The notes under the pieces were generated by a model, which saw nothing but the letters and a program-made list of their open reading frames with translations, was not told the DNA's origin and did not search any database. Positions 15,041 through 23,562 of a stretch of DNA of 32,000 nucleotides are shown one piece after another. The stretch covers positions 210,001-242,000 of the forward strand of contig NZ_WUUQ01000001.1 of assembly GCF_009831105.1 (NCBI RefSeq). Direction: 5' to 3'. A program made the position numbers and the translations under genes. How positions within the stretch are numbered: the stretch's first letter is position 1; each line of letters starts with the position of its first letter. This stretch comes from Copranaerobaculum intestinale. GTDB taxonomy: Bacteria; Bacillota_I; Bacilli_A; Erysipelotrichales; Erysipelotrichaceae.

Positions 15041-16462
15041 ATGGAAACGTTAAAAAAATATGTGACAGGCAAAAATCTGCAGATTATGACATTGATCGGT
15101 ACTGCCTTCACAATCATGATGTTTATCATGTCATCATCCATTGGCAGCAGCACCGAGTCAATCAGCAGCTTTTCAGATATTGGAGGCTTGATATCCAGCT
15201 TAAAAACCTTTTGTAATATCTTTTATCTGGATTTCTTTGTTGTACTGGCTGCTACGGCCGGCTACGCCTTCCGTATCTTTTATGAAAAGGATACAAGCCT
15301 CAGTATCAAGGTTCTGACACCGTTGAATGGTATTGCATGTTTATTTGGACTCATCTGTTTCAGCACCATTCACAGCATCAAAGCAGGTTTAAGCGGTGAT
15401 TTCGCATCGCTTTTGCAGTTGGGGGATATCGAAGGACAATTTTCGATCCTGCGCATCATGCTGTTGATTCAAATCGCCGCTGGAATTGCGGCAGCATATT
15501 TCCTTTTTTATAAAAAGAACCGCCGCATCGGCGAGGAAGAATCGGATAAGGAAAATCAGGAAGCTTCTGATCATGAATCAATCGTCGATCAGGTCAAGGC
15601 ATATTATGCAACGGAAAAAGGCAAACGCAATATTCGCATCGGCGGTGCGGCAGTCGCCGTCTTCATCGTGCTGCTCGTTATTGTGAATGTTTATGAAAGC
15701 AATCGGCGTACCGAAATTGATCTGACTTCTGCCTGCGCCGTCACTTTTGAAGGAGTATCCGGAAACGGCTCTGCTAATATTCACTGTTCTCCCGATTATG
15801 ATCACAACAACGAGAACATTGCTTCCTTTATGAGTAATGTGTCCTACACCATTGATAATGACGGCCGCTTAGAAAATGGCATGGAAGTAACACTGAAAGC
15901 AAATTATAGCGAGGCAACTGCAGAGAGCAGTAAAATCAATCCGGTAAAAACATCTAAAAAATTTAAAGTGAAAGGATTAGAAATCGCATATCGTGATTTT
16001 GCTGATATTCCTAAAAAAGTATCCAATGAATTTGAAGCAGCTGCCAAAGCATTTTTAGAAAAAGATATTCAAAGCAATGTCAATGGTTTATTCGGTTATG
16101 ACACGATTACGGTAGAGGATGCTGCCCTGATTGGCATTTACTACAAATATACATCCTATAACAACAGCGGTACTGCCTATTATATTTTCCGTACCAAGGA
16201 AACCCGCGAGCGCAGCTCCGATACAAGCAAGGAAGTGAACTATTATTCTGTTATTCTTGAGAATATCAGCTCTTCCTACAAGCTGGATCTATCCGATGAA
16301 TCAAAGGATATGATCGTGGATTCGCTGAGTATCTATGAGAAAGATAAGACCGATGCCAAAGCATTGAAACAATTCACACGTTATCACAGCGATGTAGAAA
16401 CCGTGAAAACCAATCCCGGCAGTGAAATATACAAAGACGAACGAATCAAGAAAGAAGCATAA
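15041..16462 (+). CDS. Multi-pass membrane protein with a large extracytoplasmic C-terminal domain, function unknown
   Basis: 473 aa. SD AAAGGAG. About four N-terminal hydrophobic helices, a charged linker (EEESDKENQEASDHE), a further TM helix (GGAAVAVFIVLLVIVNVY), then about 250 hydrophilic residues. An extended -10 element (TGaTACAAT, 15005-15013) lies upstream. Confidence 0.7.
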   Translation: METLKKYVTGKNLQIMTLIGTAFTIMMFIMSSSIGSSTESISSFSDIGGLISSLKTFCNIFYLDFFVVLAATAGYAFRIFYEKDTSLSIKVLTPLNGIACLFGLICFSTIHSIKAGLSGDFASLLQLGDIEGQFSILRIMLLIQIAAGIAAAYFLFYKKNRRIGEEESDKENQEASDHESIVDQVKAYYATEKGKRNIRIGGAAVAVFIVLLVIVNVYESNRRTEIDLTSACAVTFEGVSGNGSANIHCSPDYDHNNENIASFMSNVSYTIDNDGRLENGMEVTLKANYSEATAESSKINPVKTSKKFKVKGLEIAYRDFADIPKKVSNEFEAAAKAFLEKDIQSNVNGLFGYDTITVEDAALIGIYYKYTSYNNSGTAYYIFRTKETRERSSDTSKEVNYYSVILENISSSYKLDLSDESKDMIVDSLSIYEKDKTDAKALKQFTRYHSDVETVKTNPGSEIYKDERIKKEA

Positions 16463-16463
16463 C

Positions 16464-16499
16464 AAAAAAATACGGACATTTCGAGGTCCGTATTTTTTT
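16464..16499. terminator. Bidirectional terminator between convergent genes
   Basis: ATACGGAC-atttcgag-GTCCGTAT flanked by A7 and T7. It lies between the stop at 16462 (+) and the prs stop at 16505 (-). Confidence 0.8.
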
Positions 16500-16504
16500 A
16501 TGTA

Positions 16505-17455
16505 TTAATTGAACTTTGTAAGCACTTCACTAATAGAGTGGTTATTTTCAATTTGATTGATGATTTGACCAAGAATTTCACCTACTGACAGCACTACCAT
16601 GTTTGGCAGCTCTGCCTTTTTATCATCCTGTGGAATGGTATTCGTACAGATAAATTCTTTGATCGGAGAATTTTTCAAGCGTTCGATAGCCGGTCCGCTC
16701 AGAACACCATGTACACAAGAGCAGTAAACTTCGGTAGCACCCTTTGCATATAGCATATCAATTCCGGAAACCAAAGTTCCAGCCGTGTCTACAATATCAT
16801 CGATCAAAATTGCTTTTTTGCCCTGAACATCGCCGATCAGATTCATCGCTTCCGCTACATTCGGTTTTGGACGGCGTTTATCAATAATGGCAATCGGGGC
16901 ATGAAGCATTTCTGCCATGCGGCGAGCACGGGTCGTTCCGCCGTGATCCGGTGATACGACTACGATATCATCCATGTTTTTCGCTTTAAAATAATTGCCG
17001 ATGATACCAATCGCACTGATATCATCTGCCGGAATATTAAAGAATCCCTGAATTTGTGTGGCGTGCAGCTCCATTGTGATAATACGGTGAGCGCCGGCTT
17101 TTTCAATCAAATCAGCAACCAATTTGGATGTGATCGGCTGCCGCGGCTTTGCTTTACGATCCTGACGTGCATAGCCGAAATACGGCATAACTACAGCAAT
17201 GTGGGCAGCGCTGGCACGTTTGCAGGCATCAATAGCGATCAATACTTCCATCAGGTTACTGGAAACCGGATTACAGGTGGACTGTACGATGTAAACGTTT
17301 TTACCACGCACAGATTCACCTAATTCTACCATAATTTCACCATCCGCAAAATGGCGGACGTCACAGCTGCCTAATGGAATACCCAGCTGTGCAACAATTT
17401 CATTGGCCAGTCCAACACTGGATGTGAGTGCAAATACAACAGTCTTTTCGTTCAT
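16505..17455 (-). CDS. prs: Ribose-phosphate pyrophosphokinase
   Basis: 316 aa. FADGEIMVEL...YFGYARQDRK...VSPDHGGTTRAR...LIDDIVDTAGT are canonical PRPP synthetase motifs. Confidence 0.95.
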   Translation of the reverse strand: MNEKTVVFALTSSVGLANEIVAQLGIPLGSCDVRHFADGEIMVELGESVRGKNVYIVQSTCNPVSSNLMEVLIAIDACKRASAAHIAVVMPYFGYARQDRKAKPRQPITSKLVADLIEKAGAHRIITMELHATQIQGFFNIPADDISAIGIIGNYFKAKNMDDIVVVSPDHGGTTRARRMAEMLHAPIAIIDKRRPKPNVAEAMNLIGDVQGKKAILIDDIVDTAGTLVSGIDMLYAKGATEVYCSCVHGVLSGPAIERLKNSPIKEFICTNTIPQDDKKAELPNMVVLSVGEILGQIINQIENNHSISEVLTKFN

Positions 17456-17469
17456 TTTTTTATACCCCT

Positions 17470-18825
17470 CTATTTGTTTTTATATTTTGTTCCAAAGCCT
17501 GATTTAATGGTCTGTCGAGCGCGGGCGATTCCCATGTCGCCGGCTTCTACACTGTCGGTGATCGTAGAGCCAGCTGCCAGCAAGGCATTTTCACCAATTG
17601 TAACCGGTGCGATCAAATTAACGTTGCTTCCGATGAATGCGCCGTCCCCGACCACAGTACGGAATTTATGCTTGCCATCATAGTTAACCGTAACGACACC
17701 GCAGCCGACGTTGATTTTCTTGCCAAAATCACTGTCACCGATATAGGTAAGGTGGGCACACTTGCTGCCATCTCCAAAGCGGCTGTTTTTAAATTCAACA
17801 AAGTTTCCGATTCGGCAGTTTTCACCGATTTCCGTTTGATTGCGCAGATGGCTCATCGGTCCAACCGTAGTACCCTTTCCTACACTGCTTTCTACGACTT
17901 TTGATGAATCAATGGTAACATCATCATGAATCACTGCATTGCGAAGGAAGGAATTGGGTAAAATCGTCACATGACTGCCGATTTTTGTAGCTCCTTCGAT
18001 ATACACATTCGGATAAATAACCGTATCATTACCGATCTCTACATCTGCATCGATATACGTATGATCAGGATCGATGATGGTAACACCGTTTCGCATATGC
18101 ATTTCATTAATCTTATGCTTCAGCCAATTCTGGGCTTTGGCCAGGTCAACGCGATCATTGCATCCCATACATTCATCAGGATCTTTAACGACCAATCCGG
18201 TGACCGGTACCTGTTTCCGGTTGAAGATCGCAACCAGATCAGTGAGGTAATACTCATTTTGGGCATTATCATTTTTGATTTCTTTTAAACTTTCAAAGAG
18301 CAGCTGGTTGTTGAAACAGAATAATCCGGTGTTGATTTCACAAATTTTCTGTTCTTCTTCCGTACAGTCTTTCGCTTCTACAATTTTCACAACATGGTTT
18401 TTATCATCACGGATGATACGTCCATAACGGGCACCGTCATCCAATATGGAAGTTAATACCACCATTCCATTTTCACGGTTAGCGGCAAACGCTTCCTGAA
18501 TGGTTTCCGGCTGAATCAGCGGTCCGTCTCCGTTCAGTACCAGCGTATCTCCGCCGATTCCTTCCAAAGCGGAAGCCTGCATTACCGCATGACCGGTACC
18601 TAACTGAGGTTCCTGAAGTGCGTATTCAACTTCATCTTTTAAATAGTCTTTAACACTGTCTGCGTCATGTCCTACTACTACGACAATTTTTTCAACGCCG
18701 GCTTTTTTCAGATTCGTTACAATATGGCCGATCATCGGTTTGTTCATAACCGGATGCATGACTTTATTCAAGTCTGATTTCATCCGGGTACCTTTTCCGG
18801 CCGCCAGAATAATAGCTGATTTCAT
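17470..18825 (-). CDS. glmU: Bifunctional UDP-N-acetylglucosamine pyrophosphorylase / GlcN-1-P N-acetyltransferase
   Basis: ILAAGKGTRMKS N-terminal nucleotidyltransferase motif plus C-terminal left-handed beta-helix hexapeptide repeats. SD GGAGGT lies 7 nt before the ATG at 18825. The TAG stop sits inside the prs RBS. Confidence 0.95.
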   Translation of the reverse strand: MKSAIILAAGKGTRMKSDLNKVMHPVMNKPMIGHIVTNLKKAGVEKIVVVVGHDADSVKDYLKDEVEYALQEPQLGTGHAVMQASALEGIGGDTLVLNGDGPLIQPETIQEAFAANRENGMVVLTSILDDGARYGRIIRDDKNHVVKIVEAKDCTEEEQKICEINTGLFCFNNQLLFESLKEIKNDNAQNEYYLTDLVAIFNRKQVPVTGLVVKDPDECMGCNDRVDLAKAQNWLKHKINEMHMRNGVTIIDPDHTYIDADVEIGNDTVIYPNVYIEGATKIGSHVTILPNSFLRNAVIHDDVTIDSSKVVESSVGKGTTVGPMSHLRNQTEIGENCRIGNFVEFKNSRFGDGSKCAHLTYIGDSDFGKKINVGCGVVTVNYDGKHKFRTVVGDGAFIGSNVNLIAPVTIGENALLAAGSTITDSVEAGDMGIARARQTIKSGFGTKYKNK

Positions 18826-18953
18826 GAAAAATACCTCCATACCTATTTTATCAAAAATTGCTTGTGTAAAAAAGGTTTTATCCCGTTTCTTTTATATTTT
18901 ATTATTTTTTACTAAAACTGTTCGTAGATATGTCCTTCTGCGTTCGCATATAT

Positions 18954-18979
18954 AAAAAAACTGTGCAGAAACCACAGTT
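18954..18979 (-). terminator. Intrinsic terminator after the glutaredoxin-like gene
   Basis: Minus-strand hairpin AACTGTG-(7 nt)-CACAGTT followed by T7, immediately after the TAG stop at 18980. Confidence 0.75.
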
Positions 18980-19243
18980 CTATTGGATTGCTTCTTTAAA
19001 TACCGCTTCTACTTTATCCTTCGTAGGCACACCCTCATGAATTTTCACATCGTCAACAAAGAATGTCGGTACATACCAGTAATCATAACCTCTGGTTTTT
19101 TCTTCTTCACGCTGCTCCTCAATCACTTCAATGTCTACGTTTTGATACTCCGGATGCTCCTGCTTCAGCTCTTCTATCATGCGAAATGCATTGCGGCAGT
19201 GCGGGCATCCATCCAGCACCATCATCTTTACTGCTTTTGCCAT
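18980..19243 (-). CDS. Glutaredoxin/NrdH-like small thioredoxin-fold protein
   Basis: 87 aa from MAKAVKMMVLDGCPHCRNA (CPHC active site). SD AAGGAG precedes the ATG at 19243. Confidence 0.75.
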   Translation of the reverse strand: MAKAVKMMVLDGCPHCRNAFRMIEELKQEHPEYQNVDIEVIEEQREEEKTRGYDYWYVPTFFVDDVKIHEGVPTKDKVEAVFKEAIQ

Positions 19244-19263
19244 ATGATCAGCTCCTTTTCTAT

Positions 19264-19292
19264 ACCATATCACACCGACTAGTGTATGCCAA
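19264..19292 (-). promoter_or_regulatory. Promoter of the glutaredoxin-like gene
   Basis: Minus strand TTGGCA - 17 nt (ending TGa) - TATGGT. Confidence 0.55.
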
Positions 19293-19308
19293 TTGATATG
19301 ACTGATAC

Positions 19309-19331
19309 AAAAAAAGGGGATAACATCCCCT
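19309..19331 (-). terminator. Strong intrinsic terminator after the DUF3830/helical-protein operon
   Basis: Minus-strand hairpin AGGGGAT-gtt-ATCCCCT followed by T8, directly after the TAG stop at 19332. Confidence 0.85.
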
Positions 19332-19799
19332 CTAAAACGTTAATTTTGATGTGGATTCATCATACACTGAAGATAATTTTGCCCATGGCAGAATCAGATC
19401 GATCCAGTAGGTCATATGGATAAAGAAACGATGCAGCAGCCGCAGCAGTGTTTCCAACGACGCAAAGTCCTGGCATGCGTCAATATGCTTATCGGCAGCT
19501 TTCAGCAATTCGCAGCCCTTTGCCATATCATAACTGCTGGACATACCGCCGGCATTCCAGTCAACGACATTCTTTGCCATCATTTTAATGGTTTCCAGAT
19601 CGCCTTTTCTTTCAATCACCATGCATATCAGCTGGTACAGTGATGCATCAGCTGCCTCCATGTCACAGTAAGCCATAGTAACAACACCGTAATTCAAACC
19701 GTCTATACGGTTGCGCTTGCGGATTTCTTCGATGTCTGACGGCATATCGATCCACAGCGTATCCAAATACGCAGATACTTCCTGAAGGTACTTTTCCAT
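19332..19799 (-). CDS. Hypothetical protein, predicted all-helical (155 aa), partner of the DUF3830 protein
   Basis: Its ATG overlaps the upstream stop (TAATG). Amphipathic-helix-like composition with no TM or signal peptide. I cannot place it in a family with confidence. Confidence 0.7.
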   Translation of the reverse strand: MEKYLQEVSAYLDTLWIDMPSDIEEIRKRNRIDGLNYGVVTMAYCDMEAADASLYQLICMVIERKGDLETIKMMAKNVVDWNAGGMSSSYDMAKGCELLKAADKHIDACQDFASLETLLRLLHRFFIHMTYWIDLILPWAKLSSVYDESTSKLTF

Positions 19800-20194
19800 T
19801 ATGCATCCTCCTCTACGATCTCAACCAGCATGATATCACCGGCCTGATCCCAAACCTTATCCGATTCTTCCTTGAAAGCGGGAATCTGATCCTCATCCAG
19901 CAGGGCAAATAAATCGCAGTCACCTAATGACGGCGTATCCCCATACCAAATACAGATGGTTTGCTTCGGTGCATAATAAGCAATATGTCCCTTAACGGAA
20001 TAGACCGGATTCTCCACTTCATAGCGGGCAATCGGCGCCTGGAAAAATATTTCATTCTCACAGATTTTCGCATAAGCAATTCGTGTTTTGAACGGACAGA
20101 CCTCACGCAGCGCCTGCACCATTTTAGGAGCTTCTTTTTCCAGTAATGCGGCGGTAAAAGATTTACCATGAAACGTCAACTTTAACTTTTCCAT
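19799..20194 (-). CDS. DUF3830 / cyclophilin-like-fold protein
   Basis: 131 aa. The layout LKLTFHGKSFTAALLEKEAPKMVQALREVCPF...ENPVYSVKGHIAYY...ICIWYGDT...CDLFALL fits my memory of the DUF3830 cyclophilin-like family. SD AAAGGAGG. Confidence 0.65.
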   Translation of the reverse strand: MEKLKLTFHGKSFTAALLEKEAPKMVQALREVCPFKTRIAYAKICENEIFFQAPIARYEVENPVYSVKGHIAYYAPKQTICIWYGDTPSLGDCDLFALLDEDQIPAFKEESDKVWDQAGDIMLVEIVEEDA

Positions 20195-20218
20195 AATTCC
20201 TCCTTTAATATTAATCCA

Positions 20219-20247
20219 ACTATACCACGTTCAAATACCACCGGCAA
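20219..20247 (-). promoter_or_regulatory. Promoter of the DUF3830 operon
   Basis: Minus strand TTGCCG - 17 nt (ending TGg) - TATAGT, about 25 nt upstream of the ATG at 20194. Confidence 0.55.
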
Positions 20248-20462
20248 GTCGTTATATATCGTTTCCTCTCATTTTCCAGCTCTTTCCATTTATCAGTTTC
20301 TATACTGTTCAGATGGTAAAGGATACGGTTGAAGTAATCCACAAGGTTCTTTAGGGTATGGATGATCTAAAGCATATGCAAAAAATATATCCATAGTTAA
20401 TAAAAAGACTTACCAATAATAGCTCTAATTAACATCAGAAAATAGAAAAGCCGATCATCAGA

Positions 20463-21323
20463 TCATAATAAGATCTCACAATCGGTTTTTTTCATTTCCG
20501 TAATTTCGACAAATGGATAGTCTTGTTTCAGTAACGCTGCCTGTTCTTTAAGCAGCTTTTCATTTCGGGTAATTGCGAATACAGTTGATCCGCTTCCCGA
20601 CATCAGAACCCCTTCAAATCCGGCCTGAAGAATACGCTGTTTCAGTTCACACACTTTAGGAGCTAACGTGAATGCGCTTGATTCAAGGGTATTGCCGATC
20701 GAATCACATAAAGCAGAAAAATCGGATTTCTTCAATGCGGCCGCGGTACGATCACAAGCCGGATGTGCACATCTGGTGAAATCAAGCGTCTGATACGCTT
20801 CTTTTGTAGAAATTCCTACCGATGGTTTTACCAGCAGAACCGAAAAATCGAGATTTGTCAAAATCGGTTCCACCCGTTCCCCAATGCCCTGCACACGGGC
20901 AGGACAGTTCATGATACAGAAGGGAACATCCGCTCCTACCGCTTTTCCGATTGGCAATAATTCCTGCAACGGAAGGTTCAGTTCCAGCAATTTATTTATG
21001 CCGCGGATTACGGCAGCCGCATCACTGCTTCCTCCGGCCAGCCCCGCTTCCATGGGAATACGCTTTTGGACATGAACATGGAAGCGCTGCGTAAAGCCGT
21101 ATACGCTTCGCATTTTTTGAATTGCCTTCAAGATTGTATTCGTATTGTCTAACGGCATGTTACGGTCATCACTGCTTAAACGGTCTTCCTGTGCTAAAGT
21201 TATCTCTACTTGATCGGCCAGCTTCAACGGAACCATGATCATATCAAGATCATGATAACCATCCGCTCGGCGGCCGATCACATTCAGACATAGATTGATT
21301 TTCGCATTGGCTTCAACGATCAT
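20463..21323 (-). CDS. ispE: 4-diphosphocytidyl-2-C-methyl-D-erythritol kinase
   Basis: AKINLCLNVIGRRADGYHDLDMIM...PMEAGLAGGSSDAAA (GHMP kinase motif). ATGA overlap with the rsmA stop. Confidence 0.9.
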   Translation of the reverse strand: MIVEANAKINLCLNVIGRRADGYHDLDMIMVPLKLADQVEITLAQEDRLSSDDRNMPLDNTNTILKAIQKMRSVYGFTQRFHVHVQKRIPMEAGLAGGSSDAAAVIRGINKLLELNLPLQELLPIGKAVGADVPFCIMNCPARVQGIGERVEPILTNLDFSVLLVKPSVGISTKEAYQTLDFTRCAHPACDRTAAALKKSDFSALCDSIGNTLESSAFTLAPKVCELKQRILQAGFEGVLMSGSGSTVFAITRNEKLLKEQAALLKQDYPFVEITEMKKTDCEILL

Positions 21324-22192
21324 TTTGATAAACCTCTTTCCTGTTGGACGGAAAACAGTGTTAAATACCGATCAAGTGTCAAAGCTTCAGCGCGTATACC
21401 GGCATCAATATCAGCTGCGGCCAAAATATCTCTGGCCAACTGTTTATCTCCGCAATATTCTCCATAGTTATTTAAAATTGTTTTGCGCCGCTGTTTAAAG
21501 CAGGCTTTGACCATTTCATAAAACTGCGGCTCCGCTCCTGCCTGCAGCTCTCGCTGCGGCTTGAACGTAAACTGCACCACTGCACTCTCAACCGCTGGCC
21601 GCGGCTGGAACACCTCGGTCGGTATTTTCATAAGCTGCTTAACATGACAGCGATACTGCGTCAGCACCGACAACGCGTTGTATTCCTTGGTACTGGGAAC
21701 GGCCGCAAAACGATCTGCGACCTCCTTCTGCATCATCACGGTGATTGCCTGAAATGCCACCGGACTTTCAAACAGCTTAAACAGGATCGGTGTCGTGATA
21801 TAGTACGGCAGATTCGCCGCTACCACAACATCCAGTCCTTGCCGCTGCTTTGCCTGCATCAGCATGCTGATATCCTGTTCCAAAAAATCACCGTGAATCA
21901 CGGTAACGTTTTTTTGATCTTGAAGCGTATCTGCTAAAACCGGTATCAACCGATCGTCAATTTCAAATGCCGTTACTTCTTTCGCGTATTCCGCAAGAAA
22001 TTGGGTCAGTGCTCCGATTCCCGGCCCGATTTCAAAGACCGCACAGTGATCGGATATTACTGCCAAACGAGCTATTTTTTCAACGATGCCCGGTTCTACC
22101 AAAAAATTCTGTCCGTAGTTTTTCTTTGCGAACAGCTGATAGGTTTCCAGTATCTCTTTCGTTCTGCTGGGGGTTGCAATTACTTTTTTCAT
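21320..22192 (-). CDS. rsmA: 16S rRNA (adenine1518/1519-N6)-dimethyltransferase
   Basis: KKNYGQNFLVEPGIVEKI...VFEIGPGIGALT...NLPYYITTPI are KsgA motifs. The ATG at 22192 overlaps the rnmV stop (ATGA). The ORF-track extension to 22294 lies inside rnmV. Confidence 0.9.
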   Translation of the reverse strand: MKKVIATPSRTKEILETYQLFAKKNYGQNFLVEPGIVEKIARLAVISDHCAVFEIGPGIGALTQFLAEYAKEVTAFEIDDRLIPVLADTLQDQKNVTVIHGDFLEQDISMLMQAKQRQGLDVVVAANLPYYITTPILFKLFESPVAFQAITVMMQKEVADRFAAVPSTKEYNALSVLTQYRCHVKQLMKIPTEVFQPRPAVESAVVQFTFKPQRELQAGAEPQFYEMVKACFKQRRKTILNNYGEYCGDKQLARDILAAADIDAGIRAEALTLDRYLTLFSVQQERGLSK

Positions 22193-22725
22193 GCATGCTC
22201 CTTTAAATAATTTTCTACATCCGCTCTGGTGAGCTGAAGCATATTCAGACGTTTCTTCAGCGTTTTGGCATTGGGTTTTCCCAAATAGAGCCATTGCGCC
22301 ACCTTGGCCCGCCGTTCAGCGCTGTCATGTTTCCCAATGAAACCGAGTTCCATCATATCTGACATAGTAAATGTTTCCATATCCAGTTCCTGATAATGCA
22401 TCAGGTGTGCCAGCGCTTCTATGAGATCCTCGCGGCTGGCGTGTTCGATGCCAACCTTCTTGGCAGTACGTGCTTTCTTCCGTTCGATAAAAGCATTATA
22501 ACAGCCGGGGATTGCTTGATTGATGTTATTCCGTATTTGTTCACCGGGAGCATCCGGATCGGTAAAGACAATCACACCGCGGGTTTTCTGTGCCTGCTCG
22601 ATGAGCTTCAGCACTTCACGTCCTACATGTGTGCCGTTTGTTTCAATCGTGTCACAATCAAAATATTTTTTCAATGTATCACTGTCGTGTTTGCCCTCCA
22701 CGACCAATACTTCTTTTATCTTCAT
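22189..22725 (-). CDS. rnmV: Ribonuclease M5 (Toprim domain)
   Basis: KEVLVVEGKHDSDTLKKYF...VIVFTDPDAPGEQIR is the Toprim pattern. The position upstream of rsmA matches Bacillus. An extended -10 element (TGaTAAAAT) lies at about 22744-22752 on the minus strand. Confidence 0.85.
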   Translation of the reverse strand: MKIKEVLVVEGKHDSDTLKKYFDCDTIETNGTHVGREVLKLIEQAQKTRGVIVFTDPDAPGEQIRNNINQAIPGCYNAFIERKKARTAKKVGIEHASREDLIEALAHLMHYQELDMETFTMSDMMELGFIGKHDSAERRAKVAQWLYLGKPNAKTLKKRLNMLQLTRADVENYLKEHA

Positions 22726-22760
22726 GCCGTCACCTACCAGCTTATTTTATCACATCTGCA

Positions 22761-22790
22761 GAGAAAAAGAAAAGCCGCAGGAGCTGCGGC
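22761..22790 (-). terminator. Intrinsic terminator after the XRE-TM gene
   Basis: Minus-strand hairpin GCCGCAG-ctc-CTGCGGC followed by TTTTCTTTTTC, directly after the TAG at 22791. Confidence 0.8.
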
Positions 22791-23378
22791 CTATCCATTC
22801 AGCATCGTAAGCAGCTGCATCAGCGCCATACATACCAAAAAGGTGATAACACCGCACCCGGCAGCCAATAAAAATTTCTGATAGGGACGTTTGCCCACTT
22901 CCCGCTGCTTTGTGATTTCGTCTAAATGCTTGCCGTTCATAAAAGCAAGAATCTCCTGATAGGTTTGAATATCATTTTCTTTTTTCAGCTTCTCGACCCG
23001 TCCCGCATAAAACAGTGTAACCAAAAATAACACTGTAATGCCAAGCAGCCCATACGTCCCAAAAAAATAAAACAGCGGAGCGATACTGATGATCGTCAGT
23101 ATCAGCAGGCAGGAAAATATCCATGAATCACGATTCATTTTTTGGATCTCTTTCATTTGAATTTCTTGTCTCATCTTATCCAAGTCTCCTTTGATCAATT
23201 GATCCAGAGTAACACCAAATAGTGAGCTCATCAGCAGCAGACTGTGTATATCCGGATAGTTCTTGTTATTTTCCCAATTGGATATGGTCTGTCTGGTAAC
23301 AAAGATTTTATCCGCCAGCTCCTCCTGGGATAAATTCATATCCGTACGATACTTTTTAATTTGCGTATTTAGTTCCAT
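22791..23378 (-). CDS. XRE-family HTH regulator with C-terminal transmembrane helices
   Basis: IKKYRTDMNLSQEELADKIFVTRQTISNWENNKNYPDIHSLLLMSSLFGVTLDQLI is a Cro/C1 HTH, followed by three hydrophobic helices. SD AGGAGGTG precedes the ATG at 23378. Confidence 0.8.
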   Translation of the reverse strand: MELNTQIKKYRTDMNLSQEELADKIFVTRQTISNWENNKNYPDIHSLLLMSSLFGVTLDQLIKGDLDKMRQEIQMKEIQKMNRDSWIFSCLLILTIISIAPLFYFFGTYGLLGITVLFLVTLFYAGRVEKLKKENDIQTYQEILAFMNGKHLDEITKQREVGKRPYQKFLLAAGCGVITFLVCMALMQLLTMLNG

Positions 23379-23487
23379 GGTGCACCTCCTGTCCATATCG
23401 TAAAGGACGCAGTTAATTTTCGCTATCAAATGTATTTGACATCAACAATAATTCATCGTTTTAGTAAGCATACCACCGATGAAGATG

Positions 23488-23517
23488 AAAAAAAAGAGCA
23501 CATCAGATAATGTACTC
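23488..23517 (-). terminator. Intrinsic terminator after the 3D-domain gene
   Basis: Minus-strand hairpin GAGTACAT-tatctg-ATGTGCTC (one G.U) followed by T8. Confidence 0.7.
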
Positions 23518-23562
23518 ATACTGACCTCTAAATTCTGTCAGCTTTTGATTTTCGCTTTTTCA

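Noticed and set aside
20248-20462. Small ORFs in the ispE-DUF3830 intergenic region, for example minus-strand MDIFFAYALDHPYPKEPCGLLQPYPLPSEQYRN.
   Set aside because: They have no SD and no family resemblance. The region is better explained as the ispE terminator plus the DUF3830 operon promoter.
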